In this document: piece after piece, positions 46,460-64,000 of the stretch
How positions within the stretch are numbered: position 1 is the first letter of the stretch
How the letters are laid out: each line of letters starts with the position of its first letter
DNA from: the human T2T-CHM13v2.0 reference genome, Homo sapiens
Length of the DNA stretch: 64,000 nucleotides
NCBI RefSeq assembly: GCF_009914755.1
Contig: NC_060936.1
Strand: one strand, 5' to 3'
Notes under the pieces: model-generated
Seen by the model: the letters and a program-made list of their open reading frames with translations, nothing else
Told to the model about the DNA's origin: nothing
Databases searched by the model: none
Made by a program: the position numbers and the translations under genes

Positions 46460-46653
46460 GGTGGGAGGAGGGTGAGGGATAAAAGACTACACACTGGGTA
46501 CAGCGTACACTGCTTGGATGATGGGTGCACCAAAATCTCAGAAATCACCACTGAAGAACTTATTCATGTAAACAAACAATACCTATTCCCAAAAAACCTA
46601 TTAAAATAAAAAATAAATTTTAAAAATAAAAAATTTAATTTTAATTTTAAAAA
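46460..46653 (+). mobile_element. L1PB-like 3' end
   Basis: GGGTGAGGGATAAAAGACTACAC...GGGTGCACCAAAATCTCAGAAATCACCACT plus A-rich tail. Confidence 0.85.
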
Positions 46654-46873
46654 GAAATCTAATGCATATCTTGAATATTAAGATCTTTATCCAAGAATTC
46701 CAACACAAGATCCAACACTTCTTAGAGGCAGGGCAATCTCTGAGGGAATCTAGACATTCATACATACTGCTCCCATGAGGCAGTAAATCATCTATACAAT
46801 TTAGGGGGATATAACTTAATGGGAAGAAAGAGGTGATCCTGTAGAAGCTTCTACACATTTCAAAGGCCCATTT

Positions 46874-47559
<686 letters not shown>

Positions 47560-47849
47560 AAAGGCTCATTTACTTTAGCTTGAGAGCTCTCACAAAGCAG
47601 AAGAATGGATTTTCCCTTTAACTCTTCACAATCATGTGCCTCAGACAGCCCTTTGTGACTTTCTTCCTTTCTTTTGCTTTCATATACATATGAAAAAATT
47701 GCAGTTGAACATGAGGCAGTGAAAATAAAGAATTACTTATCTAGGTTCCAGATCCTTCCAAGCACTCAACCAACGACCGCCTTCACAATAACCTTCACCA
47801 TGCATGTATCAAGGCTTTCCTATATCAGAGCCTTGATTCTGTACAACTT

Positions 47850-49440
47850 GGCTTTGTGCCATAGTCCCTGTCCACAAGGGGTGGAACTAATGTGGAAAAT
47901 GCAAAGACAGACAGATACTTTCATGCAGTATTTAGAAGATATAGAGACAAGGTATTTGGGGGAAGTGACAGGAGGATTTTATGGAGGAAGAGACCCCTGA
48001 GTTTATTTTATAGGATGCCTGGAAGTTAGCCAGGTTGCAGTTAGAGCAGAGCATAAGTAAAGGTGCAGGTGAGAAACATTATACTGTGCATAGCAGGTAT
48101 CTACCAGTATAACTGCACAGGTTGCTAGAATAGTGAGATTGCTAGTAGTCATTTCTTGAGCCCTTGAGTCTTCCTTGGATGCTCTGGCTGCTCAACCCTC
48201 AAGGACTCCCATGTAGGAATTCAAGCCCCTTGTGGGCATCAAGCAGGACACAACATGTTTGGACTTGTGTTTTAGTTAGATAACTGGCCTCTCTGTGAAG
48301 GACCAATTTAAAAAGATAAAACTAGAAACAAGAGGAGGGGTTGGAATTCTTTTCAGAATTCCAGATCACAGAGGATGAAGGCCTGAATTAAGTCAGTGAT
48401 GATAGACAAGAGGAGGGGACAAATTCAAGAAAAGTTTAGAAATTACGATCAGTAGCACTGGTGAGTGATGAGATTGAGAGACTGAGAAAGAGGTAGTCCA
48501 AGGTGATTCCCAAGCCCTTGGCATGGGTGACTGGAAGACTGTTAATGTCACCAACCATTTAAATCATAGATGAGGGTATGGAGTTTATTTTAGACAGGTT
48601 GAGTTTCAGGTGCCTGTGAAACCTTCAGGTAAAGACTATCAGTAGGATATAAACTCTGAAATTTGGAGAAGTCATGAGCAGGTATAATAGCAGAAATCGG
48701 TGCTGATATAACTACCCAGGAAGGGATGGGATAACGAGAGTGAGAAGACCAGTGGATTTGGTGGGGCCACCAACATTTACAGCATCAGTAGAAAGACAGA
48801 AACCCATGATGGAAATGGAGAATGGTAAAGGACTATGAGGACACTGAGAAAGAAAGAGTTTTTGTTGGGTTTTTTTTTTTTTTTTTTTTTTTTGAGACAG
48901 AGTCTCACTCTGTCACCCAGGCTGGAGTGTGCTGTGGCACAATCTCAGCTCACTGCAACCTGTGCCTCCTGAGTTCAAGTGATTCTCCTGCCTCAGCCTC
49001 CTGAGTACCTGAGACTACAGGCGCCCACCACCATGCCCGGCCAATTTTTATATTTTTAGTAGAGACAGAGTTTCGCCATTTGGCCAGGGTGGTCTTGAAC
49101 TCCTGACCTTAGGTGATTTGCCTGCCTTGGCCTCCCAAAGTGCTGGGGTCACAGGCGTGAGCCACCAGGCCTGGCAGAGAGTTTCAAGTCTTCATCATCA
49201 ATGTGGACCACAACAGAAGACTGAGTTAAAGACAGAAAAGCATCGTGAGTTCTGGCAGGTAAGAGGCCAGCAGCGACCTAGAAAAACACTTTCATTTTCA
49301 TTGTTGTGATAGAAGCCAGACTGAAGTGGAATGAATGAAAGTAAAAGGGAATTGAAAATGTGAACCGCAAATGGAGATGATGTTTTGGAGAGGCGTGTAT
49401 GAAAAGCAGTGGCATAAGAGTAGGTAGCAGCTAGAGGGTG
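47850..49440 (-). mobile_element. L2 fragment hosting an Alu
   Basis: L2-like purine-rich motifs (TTTTAGACAGGTTGAGTTTCAGGTGCCTGTGAAAC; AGAAGCCAGACTGAAGTGG). Confidence 0.6.
48860..49175 (-). mobile_element. Alu (AluS-like)
   Basis: Reverse dimer with poly-T. Confidence 0.95.
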
Positions 49441-50099
49441 GAAGACTTGGCTGCCCCTAGACTTTGCTGTCAGTATTTCTCATAGGTGAGATAATCCACT
49501 TTTTCACCATCTAAACCTCAAGATCTGCAATTTGACTCTGTTGGCAGCGATAGTTTCCTACTTGTCCCTAATGACTCTGCTATAGGGAGTTTTTCAAATT
49601 GCTTTCAGCACGTCCTTGAATTGCTCTACTCACTGTCTTAGTCCACTCTGTCAATTTGATTGTCCTCCACCTCCTTTCATGTGCCTAACCCAAAGAGTTG
49701 ACGCCTGATCATCATGGCCTAGATTGTTAAGGAGTGGTTACATTCCAGGGCCTTTCTGTGGAGATGAAGTTTTCTGATTTGTCAAGTGATGCTAATAGCA
49801 TTTCTGGGTAGATATATTGATAATGGTAGTAGAAGACCTATCATTATTTTAAAGAAGATTCAAGGACCCTATAGTTTTTTTTTTTCTTAGCCTGATAAAA
49901 AGTTGTACATTTTATATTGATGCAGTGTTGTTTATGAATTACATTTTTAAAAATGTATGGGTACTTCTTCAGAGTTACAAGTGATACAAACATGAGAAGA
50001 CTATTCTAAAGCATGATCCATTTAATTTAGCAGTACAAACAGAAAGAGGAAAATATTCCCTAAAATTACTTTATAGGATTTGCCTTATAAATTATTCCT

Positions 50100-50823
<724 letters not shown>

Positions 50824-50955
50824 TAGTATCGGACCTCAAAAAAGCTTGCAGCCCAGGAAAGTCTGTAAATACTTCTGTAAGAGGCCAGGTAAAAGAAAAA
50901 AAAAATGGGAACAGATAGGTATGGTGAGAGAAACAACTTCTCCTTTAATGCATGA

Positions 50956-51422
50956 TGCTATTGGTTATATTGTGTTCCCCTAAAATTCATCCACTGAAGT
51001 CCTAACTCTCAGTACTCTAGCATGTGACCTTATTTAGTAATAGGGTATTTGAATGTGTAATTAATTAATATGAGATCATACTGGAATAGAATATGCCCCT
51101 AATCCAATATGATGAGTGTTCTTATAAAAAGCGGAAACTTGGGGTCACATAAACACAGTGAGAAGGCCACGTGAAGAAGAAGGCAGAGATCAGGGTGATG
51201 CTTCTACAAGATAAAGAACACTAAAAATTACCAGAAGAAAAACAGAAGATAGAGGAAAGGCATGAAATAGATTCTTTCTCACGGTCCTCAGCTAGTCCTC
51301 AACACCCTATTGACAACTTGATCTTGGCTGTGAGGTTCCAGAACTGGGAGACAATAAAATTCTTTTGTCTAAGCCACCTCATTTGTAGTACTTCATTATG
51401 GCAGCCCTAGAAATCGAATACA
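50956..51422 (+). mobile_element. MLT1C-like solo LTR
   Basis: TG...CA termini; GTGACCTTATTT, CCCTAATCCAATATGA, TTATGGCAGCCCTAGAAA. Confidence 0.85.
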
Positions 51423-52197
51423 TATGCCTTCACAACTGCTCCATAAATGGCCTTGTTTTGTCAAGTCAGCCCAATTCCATCAAGCGTGTAGGAGTGCAAC
51501 TAGAGTTCATGAAGAGACCTCTAGCCAGAACATATGACCAAGTACCCTACAGTTTAAGAAAGAAGCACAACCATGTCAAAGCCAAATCATTTCTATCTTA
51601 GAGTTAACAGGTGTAAAACCAATAGAAACTCGGTGTTCTAACATTTATTTCAAAATCTATTCTTCTTTTCCCTAGAACCATTCACAAAGTCTTCCATTTG
51701 TAATGACTCACTTGGCTCCCTTCCACTACTCTTCTTATTTTGAGCCATTTATTTTTCATCTGTAGATTCAGCCCCACCCCTAATCCAAAATTAAAGATAT
51801 CCCTAGTCAGAGATTATTTAATAAGCTCTGTGCCAGTGGGTTTATCATCTAATCTGCTTGGACAATGAGCAAGCATTGTTCTAGAAAATAAGCACTGTTC
51901 TTTATGACCACATCCCCAGGTTTGGGGCCTGTCTTCAAAGACTAGGTCACATCGGGCCTCCTTACCATTAAGTCTCAATTACTGAGGCTGTTCCATGACT
52001 TTCCTGGTGACTCATTCTGTAGCTCACACCTCCCTGACCATCTGTGCCAACTTGGTGTATCTGCCCGGCCTCTGGGTCCTTGCCTTCTCTGCTCTGACAT
52101 GGCTAGCCACTAACTAGACTCTGGTTCTGACCTACTTCTCTTTCTTCTAAGCAGTGAAGACTTTATTTTCCAGTTTTAAAAATACATTTGGCATAGC

Positions 52198-52555
52198 TGT
52201 CAGTATAAGTTTGGTTATGCTATGATAACAAACAGCCCCAAAACTCAGCACTTAAAACAATCAAGATTTCCCCCTTGCTTCTACTGTATGCCAGTTAAGA
52301 GTCTGCTGTGGTGATCTGGTCTCCTCACTCTGGGACCCAGGCTGACAAGTAGCCACCACCTGGAATATCACCACCAAAAGTGGTGGTCAAGGGAAAAAGA
52401 GCTCTAAGGAGTGTGCCTTGGCATGTAAATGCTACAGCCTAGAAGTGACTCACATGACTTCCACTCAAAACTCATCAGCTAGGAAATTCAGTATTTGATA
52501 TCTTGGGAGAGAGAGGAGAACTGGATATTTATAAGTGGCACTAAGGACCACCACA
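52198..52555 (-). mobile_element. MLT1J/K-like LTR
   Basis: GGTTATGCTATGATAACAAACAGCCCCAAAACTCAG; CTGGGACCCAGGCTGAC. Confidence 0.7.
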
Positions 52556-53244
52556 CTTGACAATGATTATGTATTTAACAGTTTGTATGTCATCTAGGTC
52601 CCTTTTTTCTTGTTCACAGATTTCTAAATTAAAAAAAAAATAGCTATATAATATGCGTATGGTGCTAGACCTGACAGATACTCTGCGAATAAATATTCTA
52701 TAATCAAATAACACCTGTTGGGAAATATGTTTTGTTTATCTCTTAGATATTCATTTACTGTCTATTAGCATTTTAAAACCTCTGCAATATTTTAAAAAGA
52801 AAAGCCTGTCTAATTTTACTCAATCCAGAATTTCCCTAATTTATTTAACCGCAACTTTTTTTTTCACTACAATTTATTATCAACTTGAGTAAAACACTTG
52901 GGTTCATATTGCATTATCTCTTTTAATTTTATGACAACCGTACAGGGTTAGATAAGAAAGTAAGTTTAATATTAAATTTTTTCAATTTATTTTTCTAAAG
53001 ATTTCATATGAAAGAAAATTAAAATTATTGGTTTTGATAATCTATGAATTTCAAGTACATATCATTTATTTCCCACAGATAATTCAAACTTTGTAGTGAA
53101 AAACATTTTTTGAAAAGTCAAAAATATTTAATTGCATAATGAATGGATTTCCACAAATTCAAACATTAAATTGCCAATGTTTTTCTAAAAGTGGCTCTTG
53201 CAAAGTGTTATCAATGGAGACAAAAGATTTCATTGAGTTTCCAT

Positions 53245-53565
53245 TTTTTATATTTTATTTTATTTTATTTTATTCTTTGAGAGAGGATCTTGCTCCGTCA
53301 CCCAGGCTGGAGTGCAGTGACACAATCATGGCTTACTGCAGCCTCGACCTCCCAGGTTCAAGCAAGCCTCCCACCTCAGAGTCTCCCGAGCAGCTGGGAC
53401 CACAGGCATGCACTCCCATGCCTAGCTAATTTTTTTATTCTTTGCAGCAACAGGGTCTCACCATGTTGTTGCCTGGGCTTGTCTCAGGCTCCTGGGCTCA
53501 AACCGTCCTCCCGTCTTGTCCTCCCAAAGTGCTGGGATTATAGGCATGAGCCACAGTGCCAGGCC
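53245..53565 (-). mobile_element. AluJ-like
   Basis: Reverse dimer (CTGCAGCCTCGACCTCC); TSD TGAGTTTC. Confidence 0.93.
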
Positions 53566-54293
53566 TGAGTTTCAACTTTGAATATTTCTTTTTTGCCTTT
53601 TCTTTGTAATCCTATTTTAATTCTGAAACAAACTTCAAAGGATGGCTTTTTAAAGGAACATGTTATAAATTAATGGCATTTAGTTTTACCATGTGTTTTT
53701 CTATTATTAGGTATAATTATTGATTGTGAATTAATGTGACTTCACTTAAGATAAAGACTTACAACTGGATAGAAAGGTATTTACTGAAAATAAAAATAAT
53801 AATAAACTTTATAACCTCTATCATAATGTGTTTTTGCAAGTTAAAAAAGCTGTCTTTTTAAATTACACAGTTGCACAAAATTCCTTAGTTCATTCACTGT
53901 GAAAAAAAAAAATTCTAATTCAACCTTTATGTAAATTGAATACTGATTTTATTGCTCAATTATTTGCAGGTTTTTTTTCTTATGACCATAAGATATGACA
54001 CCATATTTCTAAACCATATTTCTAAATCTTTACTCTTTCTCAGTTTCTTTTCCCTATATTTAGAAAAGGTTAGGTCACATTTTCTTAGCAAATTACAAAT
54101 TTTCAGTGTTAGACATTTGTTTTTCCATATGTATTCTTCTATTTCAGAGTATTCTTTTTCTCCAATATTCTTATACTTTTCTAGTTTCCCTAGTGAACTT
54201 CAGCCCATGCCTTTAATTATCTCACATTTGCTAGCCAAACGCACATTTCCATGACCAAAGATATGCTCTCACTACTTTAAAAAAGGTATTTCT

Positions 54294-54590
<297 letters not shown>

Positions 54591-55819
54591 ATGGTATTTC
54601 TTATAAAATTCTTCTATAAAATTTATATTTCTTATAAAATTTCTTTAAAAATTCTCACTGCCATACCTACACATACACATACACAAACACACACCACAAA
54701 CACCAATAACAACTACAATGACAAAAACAACAATAAAAACCAGTTCTTCCGAGCTGAGCTGCCGCTCGTCTTCCTCTAGAAGTCTAACCAGGCCTCAGCA
54801 GAACGACATTGTTTACCAGTTGTAGCTAAGCTGATTGGCAGCTGATTTAAAACAGATCTAACCAGTGTTTCTGGAAAAATGAAACAAAGCTGTAATGAAC
54901 AAGCAGTTGTTACACCCTAAACTTCATAAGAGAGGGCAAAGGAGAGATTCCTTTGACTTATATTCTTATTCTAGACAACAGGTACTGTTGAATTCCTGCT
55001 GAATCCCAAGTTACTCAACACAACGAGATTTCTTTGAATTATGAAACAGTACAACATGATAAGGCTAATCTGAACTAGTACTGCTGCCTTCTTCACCTCC
55101 AACAAGTGTGGCAAAGTAAAATATTCATGTGGTCTCCAGGTCCAGCGTTGTTGTGACTTTCATTGTGGATTTGGATTAAGTATGAAGAAGTCCATTTGGT
55201 TTTTATATTAAGGCTTTATGGGTAATGGCAAAGTTTGGACATCTTATCTCTCTTATTCTTTTACCTTATTTCTCAATTCGTTCAGAAGCCAGAAGGAAAA
55301 GAAGGACACTGTGGACCTCTACAGAGACCCCAAAATTTGATGTACTGGCTATTAACATTGACAAATCAAAGAGAATACATGGTGGAATTAGGAGAAGGAA
55401 AAACGCATGCAGGAGTGGCCTTCGGTAGGGTAAGAACAGGTGGCCGAGGGACTTAGACTTCAGCTTATGGCAGGGCATTTTCAGCTCAGTGGTTTGTAGA
55501 GGCTTATATTAGCCACACAGATTTAACAGATGGGCAGATGGCTTTTGCCTACAGCATGGGAGTGAAGCCTTGAGTTTTCAGTCATGTAGAAGGGTGACTA
55601 TAATTCCTGGCAGCTTTGTACTGAGATGAGCACATGTTTCTATAGAAGCAGAGACTCTACTTGTATGTACTTGTATGTAGCTTCCAGGAGGCATCTCTTG
55701 ACCACTTGGACCACTCAGCAAAAGTGCAGGGACCAACTGAGCCTGGCATTACCATGCAAAACTCACCAAGGTCAATGTGTAAACAAATGTGCTGGCCAGG
55801 TGGATCTCTACAAGGGTAA

Positions 55820-56682
<863 letters not shown>

Positions 56683-56791
56683 AAGATGCAGACTGCGACA
56701 ATTTACTACTTAGTTACAGTTTTCCTTATTCAGGCCAAGGAAATATTCAACTGAAGAGAAAGAACCTTAGGGTACAGACCTTTGAGATCTT

Positions 56792-57094
<303 letters not shown>

Positions 57095-57934
57095 AGACCT
57101 TTGAGATCTTAAGGGATAAAACAAATTTTGCTGTTTTTACTGCATATCTCAGCCAGGCCTAAGACTTTAAATTAGCCAAAGGAGTACCTTGCGTCCACTG
57201 AGCACTAAAGTGACTCTAACTTCAAGTAATCTGCTACTAATTTAAGAAATCTGCTGCTCCATACTCCATTCAGTATTTGGGCTGAGAAGGAATGGAACTC
57301 TGGAGGACCTAATCTTGACATCATGTGGTTTGTCCATGGGCTCAGGTCATCCCCAACCACTTGATCTCAAGTTCGCTCAGGATGTTGTAATTACATATGA
57401 GGGAGAAACTTCCTAGCAGACTAGTTTCTTAGCTCTAAGGGGCTCAAAGAAATGAGAAATTAAGAAGTTTTGAGTACAGTACAGACTGTATATGGGAAAG
57501 AAAGACACTTCAGATGAGACCAGGTAACTGAACTGCCACTATTGGCAAATTTCAGAATTTTGCAATGTCTCACATGTCCATCTCAAATAAAAGTGGCAGA
57601 ATGCAAAAGCAGATTTTTATTCTAGCCATGATAAATGCACAATAGTAAGGGTAATTTCTTTCTGGGAAACGTCTAGACAAAAGATTCTAGATCAAAGTTT
57701 CCAGACTGTTGGAACTTATTCAGAGGAGAGAGTGGCTGACGCAGGAACCAAGAATCAGGAGCCCTGGCTTTGTTACCTGCAGTGATTTTCTCTTTTAACA
57801 TGTAGTTTAGATTGTCCATCTATAAAACTAAGGATAGTGCTATCTTCAAGAAAAGTTGAACAATGATTCATTGAATCTTTGTGTAGTTCCTAGAACTCTT
57901 ATCTGAAATATTGCAAGTATAAAAACTACACTTT

Positions 57935-58262
<328 letters not shown>

Positions 58263-58492
58263 TTAAAAGTATTTGGAGCATATTTTTATATCCAGCCCTT
58301 TCCTGTGTAGTATTGTTTGTTTTTTATTATCCACCTTTCTCCTACCTTTCTTTTCCCAGTCTTTAGTTCACATTTTAATGTCAGCTCAGAAAAGTACTAT
58401 ACTACAGAAAAAACTGACTATTGTTAAACAAAGTTTATGTAGTACAGAACAATTGCACTGCCATACTTTTTCTTTTTAAAGGGCAGAAATTA

Positions 58493-58650
<158 letters not shown>

Positions 58651-58898
58651 GAAATTAAATGTAATGTATTCGCTACAATTTTTAATAGCACAACACTTTT
58701 TTTTTAAAGGCAGTTTAGGATTTCAAGAGAATGCATTTAGTGTTGTAGAATACTGCTGTTAGTACTTTCAAACCAACATGGCCCTATAAAACTTCTCAAT
58801 AAACCAGACTACACAATTTCTGTCTTATACCAATCGTAGAAATACCTGTTGGCTCTTCTTCTGCCATTGCTCCCTTCACTCTGTAAGACTGCCATGTC

Positions 58899-59478
58899 CG
58901 CCCCATCTGGGAGGTGGGGGGCTCCTCTGCCCAGCTGCCACCCCGTCTGGGAGATGTACCCAACAGCTCATTGAGAACGGGCCATGATGACAATGGCAGT
59001 TTTGTCGAATAGAAAAGGGGGAAATGTGGGGAAAAGAAAGAGAGATCAGATTGTTGCTGTGTCTGTGTAGAAGGAAGTAGACATAGGAGACTCCATTTTG
59101 TTCTGTACTAAGAAAAATTATTCTGCCTTGGGATGCTGTTAATCTATAACCTTACCACCAACCCCGTGCTCTCTGAAACATGTGCTGTGTCAACTCAGGG
59201 TTAAATGGATTAAGGGCAGTGCAAGATGTGCTTTGTTAAACAGATGCTTGAAGGCAGCGTACTCGTTAAGAGTCATCACCACTCCCTAATCTCAAGTACC
59301 CAGGGACACAAACACTGTGGAAGGCGGCAGGGCCCTCTGCCTAGGAAAACCAGAGACCTTTGTTCACATGTTTATCTGCTGACCTTCCCTCCACTATTGT
59401 CCTATGCCCTGCCAAATCCCCCTCTCCGAGAAACACCCAAGAATGATCAATAAATACTAAAAAAAAAAAAAAAAAAAA
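58899..59478 (+). mobile_element. 5'-truncated SVA (VNTR end + SINE-R + poly-A)
   Basis: VNTR units CCCCATCTGGGAGG/CCCCGTCTGGGAG; SINE-R CCCAACAGCTCATTGAGAACGGGCCATGATGAC...CACCCAAGAATGATCAATAAA; perfect 14-bp TSD AAGACTGCCATGTC at 58885-58898 and 59479-59492. Confidence 0.96.
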
Positions 59479-60445
59479 AAGACTGCCATGTCACTGGGAG
59501 GTAGGCTACAGCAGAAACACCATAGAGGCAACAGAAATCATTCTAATGGCACTACTAGTCTATAGCCAATATATTTGCTCCTAATCAACCTGGAAATGGC
59601 CCGTGAGTCCATCTGTATCCTAGGTCTAGAAAGACACAGGCCTAAACTCAATTATAGGAAAAGAAGCCACCTTAGTATAATTCCATTGCTCCCAAAAAAG
59701 ATTAATTTTAATTTCAAAATGAATCCAGAGTAGGCAGAAACCAATTGCATCCAGAATCATCACATAAGACTTCATCTACACCTGGTTGGAAATATTTAAA
59801 GCAAGTCATAAAACATCACCACTTTAGTGATTCATCTAGATTGATTATTGTCCTTGAAAATAAGGGGATCTCTTGAGAAAAATAGGTGGATTAATGAAGT
59901 CACTTGCCTAAGTTGGAAATCAGGTAGTATGGCTTTAGAGTTTCTGCTCTGGACTTCTGTACTAAATAGTCCCTCCCTTAGTGGACTGCTCCATTCTCCT
60001 CCCTGCTGAGGAGAAACAAACATGTCTGACAAAGTAGAGGGCCCACTTGCATCCCACTGATAATCTCAACCATTCTTCTGAAGAACTGCCACTGCCGGCT
60101 CCTCTTACTTGTTCCAAATCTGGTTTGAGAGTGGTCACCTCATTCTATGCCTTCCTCGACATTGTGGTCAAGAGTGGTATGTCCTGTTTGGAAAACAGAT
60201 ACTGATTTCTGCACATGCTTTCTTTGGTCTGTCATATGTGTCTCTCAATTTGTAATTCAAATTGGACTTTATAATGGTAAACTTCTAAAGGGCAGGAACG
60301 TGTTTCCTAGCTTTGTGTGTGTGTGTGCATTTCCCACCATAATGAGCAAACCATAGTCGTTTTATGATGTTTTATTAATATGCACTTAAAGTTATTCTTT
60401 TGGTATGCCTGTGTATTTTTTGCATATGCTCTTACATAATAGTAA

Positions 60446-60772
<327 letters not shown>

Positions 60773-60900
60773 AGACTTTTATATTTAAAGCTTCCTTTTT
60801 TCATCCTCCAAGTTGTTCTGAAATTATCTAACATGATCCTCTTACTTTACTACCAGATACTAGTTCATCAGGGTGACATAGGATTTTATTTCTTACATCC

Positions 60901-61068
60901 TTTTTTGTTTTTGTTTTTAAGGATGGGGACTTCCTCTGTCACCCAGGCTGGAGCACAGTGGCACAATCATAGCTCACTATAACCTTGAGCTCCTGGGCTC
61001 AGGTGATCCTCCCATCACAGCCTCCTGAGTAGCTGGGACTACAGGTGTGCACCACCATGCCTGACTAA
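60901..61068 (-). mobile_element. FRAM / AluJ right monomer
   Basis: Single reverse right arm. Confidence 0.88.
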
Positions 61069-61305
61069 CTTTCATACATTTTTACAAAATGAATTATGTA
61101 ACACAACTTCACTAGCCTATGTGGGTCACCTTTCTCTATAATTGCTAAATAAAAAGGATAAGAGCCTTCATCCAAGGGAATGCAGGGAGTCTAGTCCCAC
61201 CCCTAGATTTTATGAAGATAGTAAATTCTCATGTTTCACAAATCCATCATGGGTGTTTTGGGTCAACTCCCTCTGGGCTGCTACATCAGATTTCTCCACT
61301 GATCA

Positions 61306-61667
<362 letters not shown>

Positions 61668-62562
61668 TTACTAAGGCTTGAAGAAGTTGCAAGGGATTAT
61701 AATAAAGAAAAGGAAAATATGAATGTTTATGTGAGATGTTCATCCTAGAACCTAGAGTCTATTGGCATGCCATTTCAAAGGGACTCTTCAGGCAGACTCT
61801 TTCTTTGGGCCCCAGGCTTCTGGGATGTTCACAGAAACCATTTAACATTCTCAAGATAAAAGCTCTTCTTTTCTATCTCTCCTCTCACAAATAACATATC
61901 CCCAAGCCCTGTCTTAGGCTCAGCTAGAAGAGGCAGAGCCAGGTCATGTAACCAAAGTGTCTTCCAAGAGACAGTTACCCCCAAAAGAATTCAGCAGACT
62001 TAGTATCTATTTGGGGATGACTTTATCAATGGGCTTCCCCAAAGGTAATTGTGGGCACTTAATTTACAAATACCCACCTTTAAAAATTGCTATTTACTTA
62101 ATTAATTTACAGATACTTTGCTCATGATATATGAGTCCTCTCTAAACAAAGGAAGGTGGTAAACCCCAAGACAAATACACATTCCCACCATTTGTGGAGG
62201 AGTTGCAGGGAGGAATGCTTGGTGGTTTCGAATATTTTATCCCCTTTTCCAACCATCGAGAATTTCTATCAGGACCCATAGTCCTAGATTACCGCCACAA
62301 TAGCATCATTAACATTTTTAAAGCATGACTATTTCTATATGAGTCTTCCCTTCTTAGACAAAAAGGCATTAAAGGCTTGTATTTCCCTATTTTCTTACAT
62401 TCAAGCACTATCCTATCACAATTAAACTTATTGGCTTATTCCTAAGAGCCTTCATGTTTGTATTCTTGGAGCATTAAACTGCCGTTAAATTTGGGAGGTA
62501 TTAAGTTAGTAAGGGATTGGCTTACGAACCACTTCAGAAGTAGCCTTCAGAAAGGTATTTAT

Positions 62563-62893
62563 TGCCAGGCATGGTGGCTCAGACCTGTAATTCCAACACT
62601 TTGGGAGGCTGGAGGATCACTTGAGCCTAGGGTTTCAAGATCAGCCTCTGCAACATAGCGAGACCTCGTCTCTACTAAAAATAAAAATTAAAAAATTACC
62701 TGGACTTGATGTCATGCACCTGCAGTCCCAGCTATTCAGGAGAGTGAGGTGGGAGGATCATGCGAGCCTGGCAGTCTGAGGTTGCAGTGAGCCATGATGG
62801 CACCACTGCACTCCAACCTGGGTGACAGAGTGAGAGCCTGTCTCAAAAAAAAAAAAAAAAGAAAGAAAGAAAGAAAGAAAGAAACGAAAAGAA
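62563..62893 (+). mobile_element. AluJ-like with a (GAAA)n tail
   Basis: Full degenerate dimer. Confidence 0.92.
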
Positions 62894-63113
62894 AAGCACT
62901 TATTACCAGGAAAAAGGGTAGGGGATATGCGGCATTTTGTTAGTAAAAGAGTCACTGAAAAAAAATCTGCGAACCACTGTTTCAAGGGAAGCTTGTACTT
63001 ATTCACCCATTGAACTTTGTCATCTTCTGATGGGTGTGGTAGGCTTACTCATAAAGAAAAGAAAGACTCCTAGAAATTTCTCTATTCTTATCTTGAATTC
63101 TGGTTGTTCCTGC

Positions 63114-63321
63114 AATACAGAGCTAGTATTTAATTATTTGGTCTACTTTCTTTGTGTACTACAAATTCTGTAATATTGGGAACATTAACCAATTCAGTAA
63201 GAGTTGAAGGAAGAGAGAATACAGAGCTAGTATTTAATTATTTGGTCTACTTTCTTTGTGTACTACAAATTCTGTAATATTGGGAACATTAACCAATTCA
63301 GTAAGAGTTGAAGGAAGAGAG
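63114..63321. repeat. Perfect 104-bp tandem duplication (2 copies)
   Basis: 63114-63217 reads identical to 63218-63321. Confidence 0.97.
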
Positions 63322-63328
63322 GGGACTT

Positions 63329-63335
63329 TACATAT

Positions 63336-63396
<61 letters not shown>
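63329..63396. repeat. (TACA)/(TA)n microsatellite
   Basis: Direct reading. Confidence 0.95.
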
Positions 63397-63397
<1 letters not shown>

Positions 63398-64000
63398 CCT
63401 TTGAAAGATTGCCAAAGGAGGGCAAAACAGTTTGGATACAGTCTCAATAAGCTTATCATATTTTAAATCTGCCTAAGAGCTTACGTGTAACCCTCAAGTT
63501 AAACAACAGTTGACATGCATGCATTCTGATAAAACTCGATTACCTAATACACTAAATTTCAGAACTGGTGGGAAAAAATAGATTTTTACTGGCAAAGTTA
63601 TGTCTTTTTTTCAGCTGAAAATTAATACATGGAAGGATAATCTTAGGAAATGTCATTTGTTTTATATGCACGTATCTAACTCTAAAACAAACTTTATTGC
63701 TCCGTGTAATTATACAAATGCTGTATATGTATGTTGCTAAGTACTTAAAATCTTCATTGTAACTATAGTTGAACTTCTAATGAATACCCAGGGACAGCAA
63801 AGACATGTCTGAACAGGTAAATCAGTGCATAATTAAATGACATGCATGTCCTGTGTATTGCAATCTTTTAAAGCTCTGAGTACTTTCTATTACGCAATTT
63901 TTTAGAGCAGCTCTTTTTTTTTTTTTTACACAAACATGATAAGGACACAAAAGACTTATTTTCTTTTCCTCTGGCCACTGTGTTATGAGAACCTCATGTC

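Noticed and set aside
59226-59453. 75-aa ORF MCFVKQMLEGS...
   Set aside because: Lies wholly within the SVA SINE-R and is a recurrent repeat-derived ORF

Overview
Primate (hominoid, most likely human or great ape, since an SVA is present) AT-rich, repeat-dense intergenic or intronic DNA. I see no CpG island and no spliced protein-coding gene I can support. The only gene-like element is a full-length processed copy of the RPL7 mRNA (55845-56682). It keeps its 5' pyrimidine tract, poly(A) tail, a 15-bp TSD and an uninterrupted 246-codon ORF. The rest is layered transposon sequence: about 35 Alu/FLAM/FRAM copies, L1PA/L1PB/L1M fragments, L2, MIR, a near full-length Tigger1 carrying nested L1 and Alu insertions, a MER53/OldhAT1-like hAT element, MaLR/ERV LTRs and a 5'-truncated SVA. 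The least ordinary signal is a set of short local templated copies, some joined to fold-back palindromes (31.9 kb, 41.7 kb). There is also a ~370-bp dispersed duplication (36.9/47.2 kb) and a perfect 104-bp tandem duplication (63.1 kb). I find no evidence for a new functional gene system. Repeat family names come from recalled consensus sequences, and boundaries of old elements are approximate.
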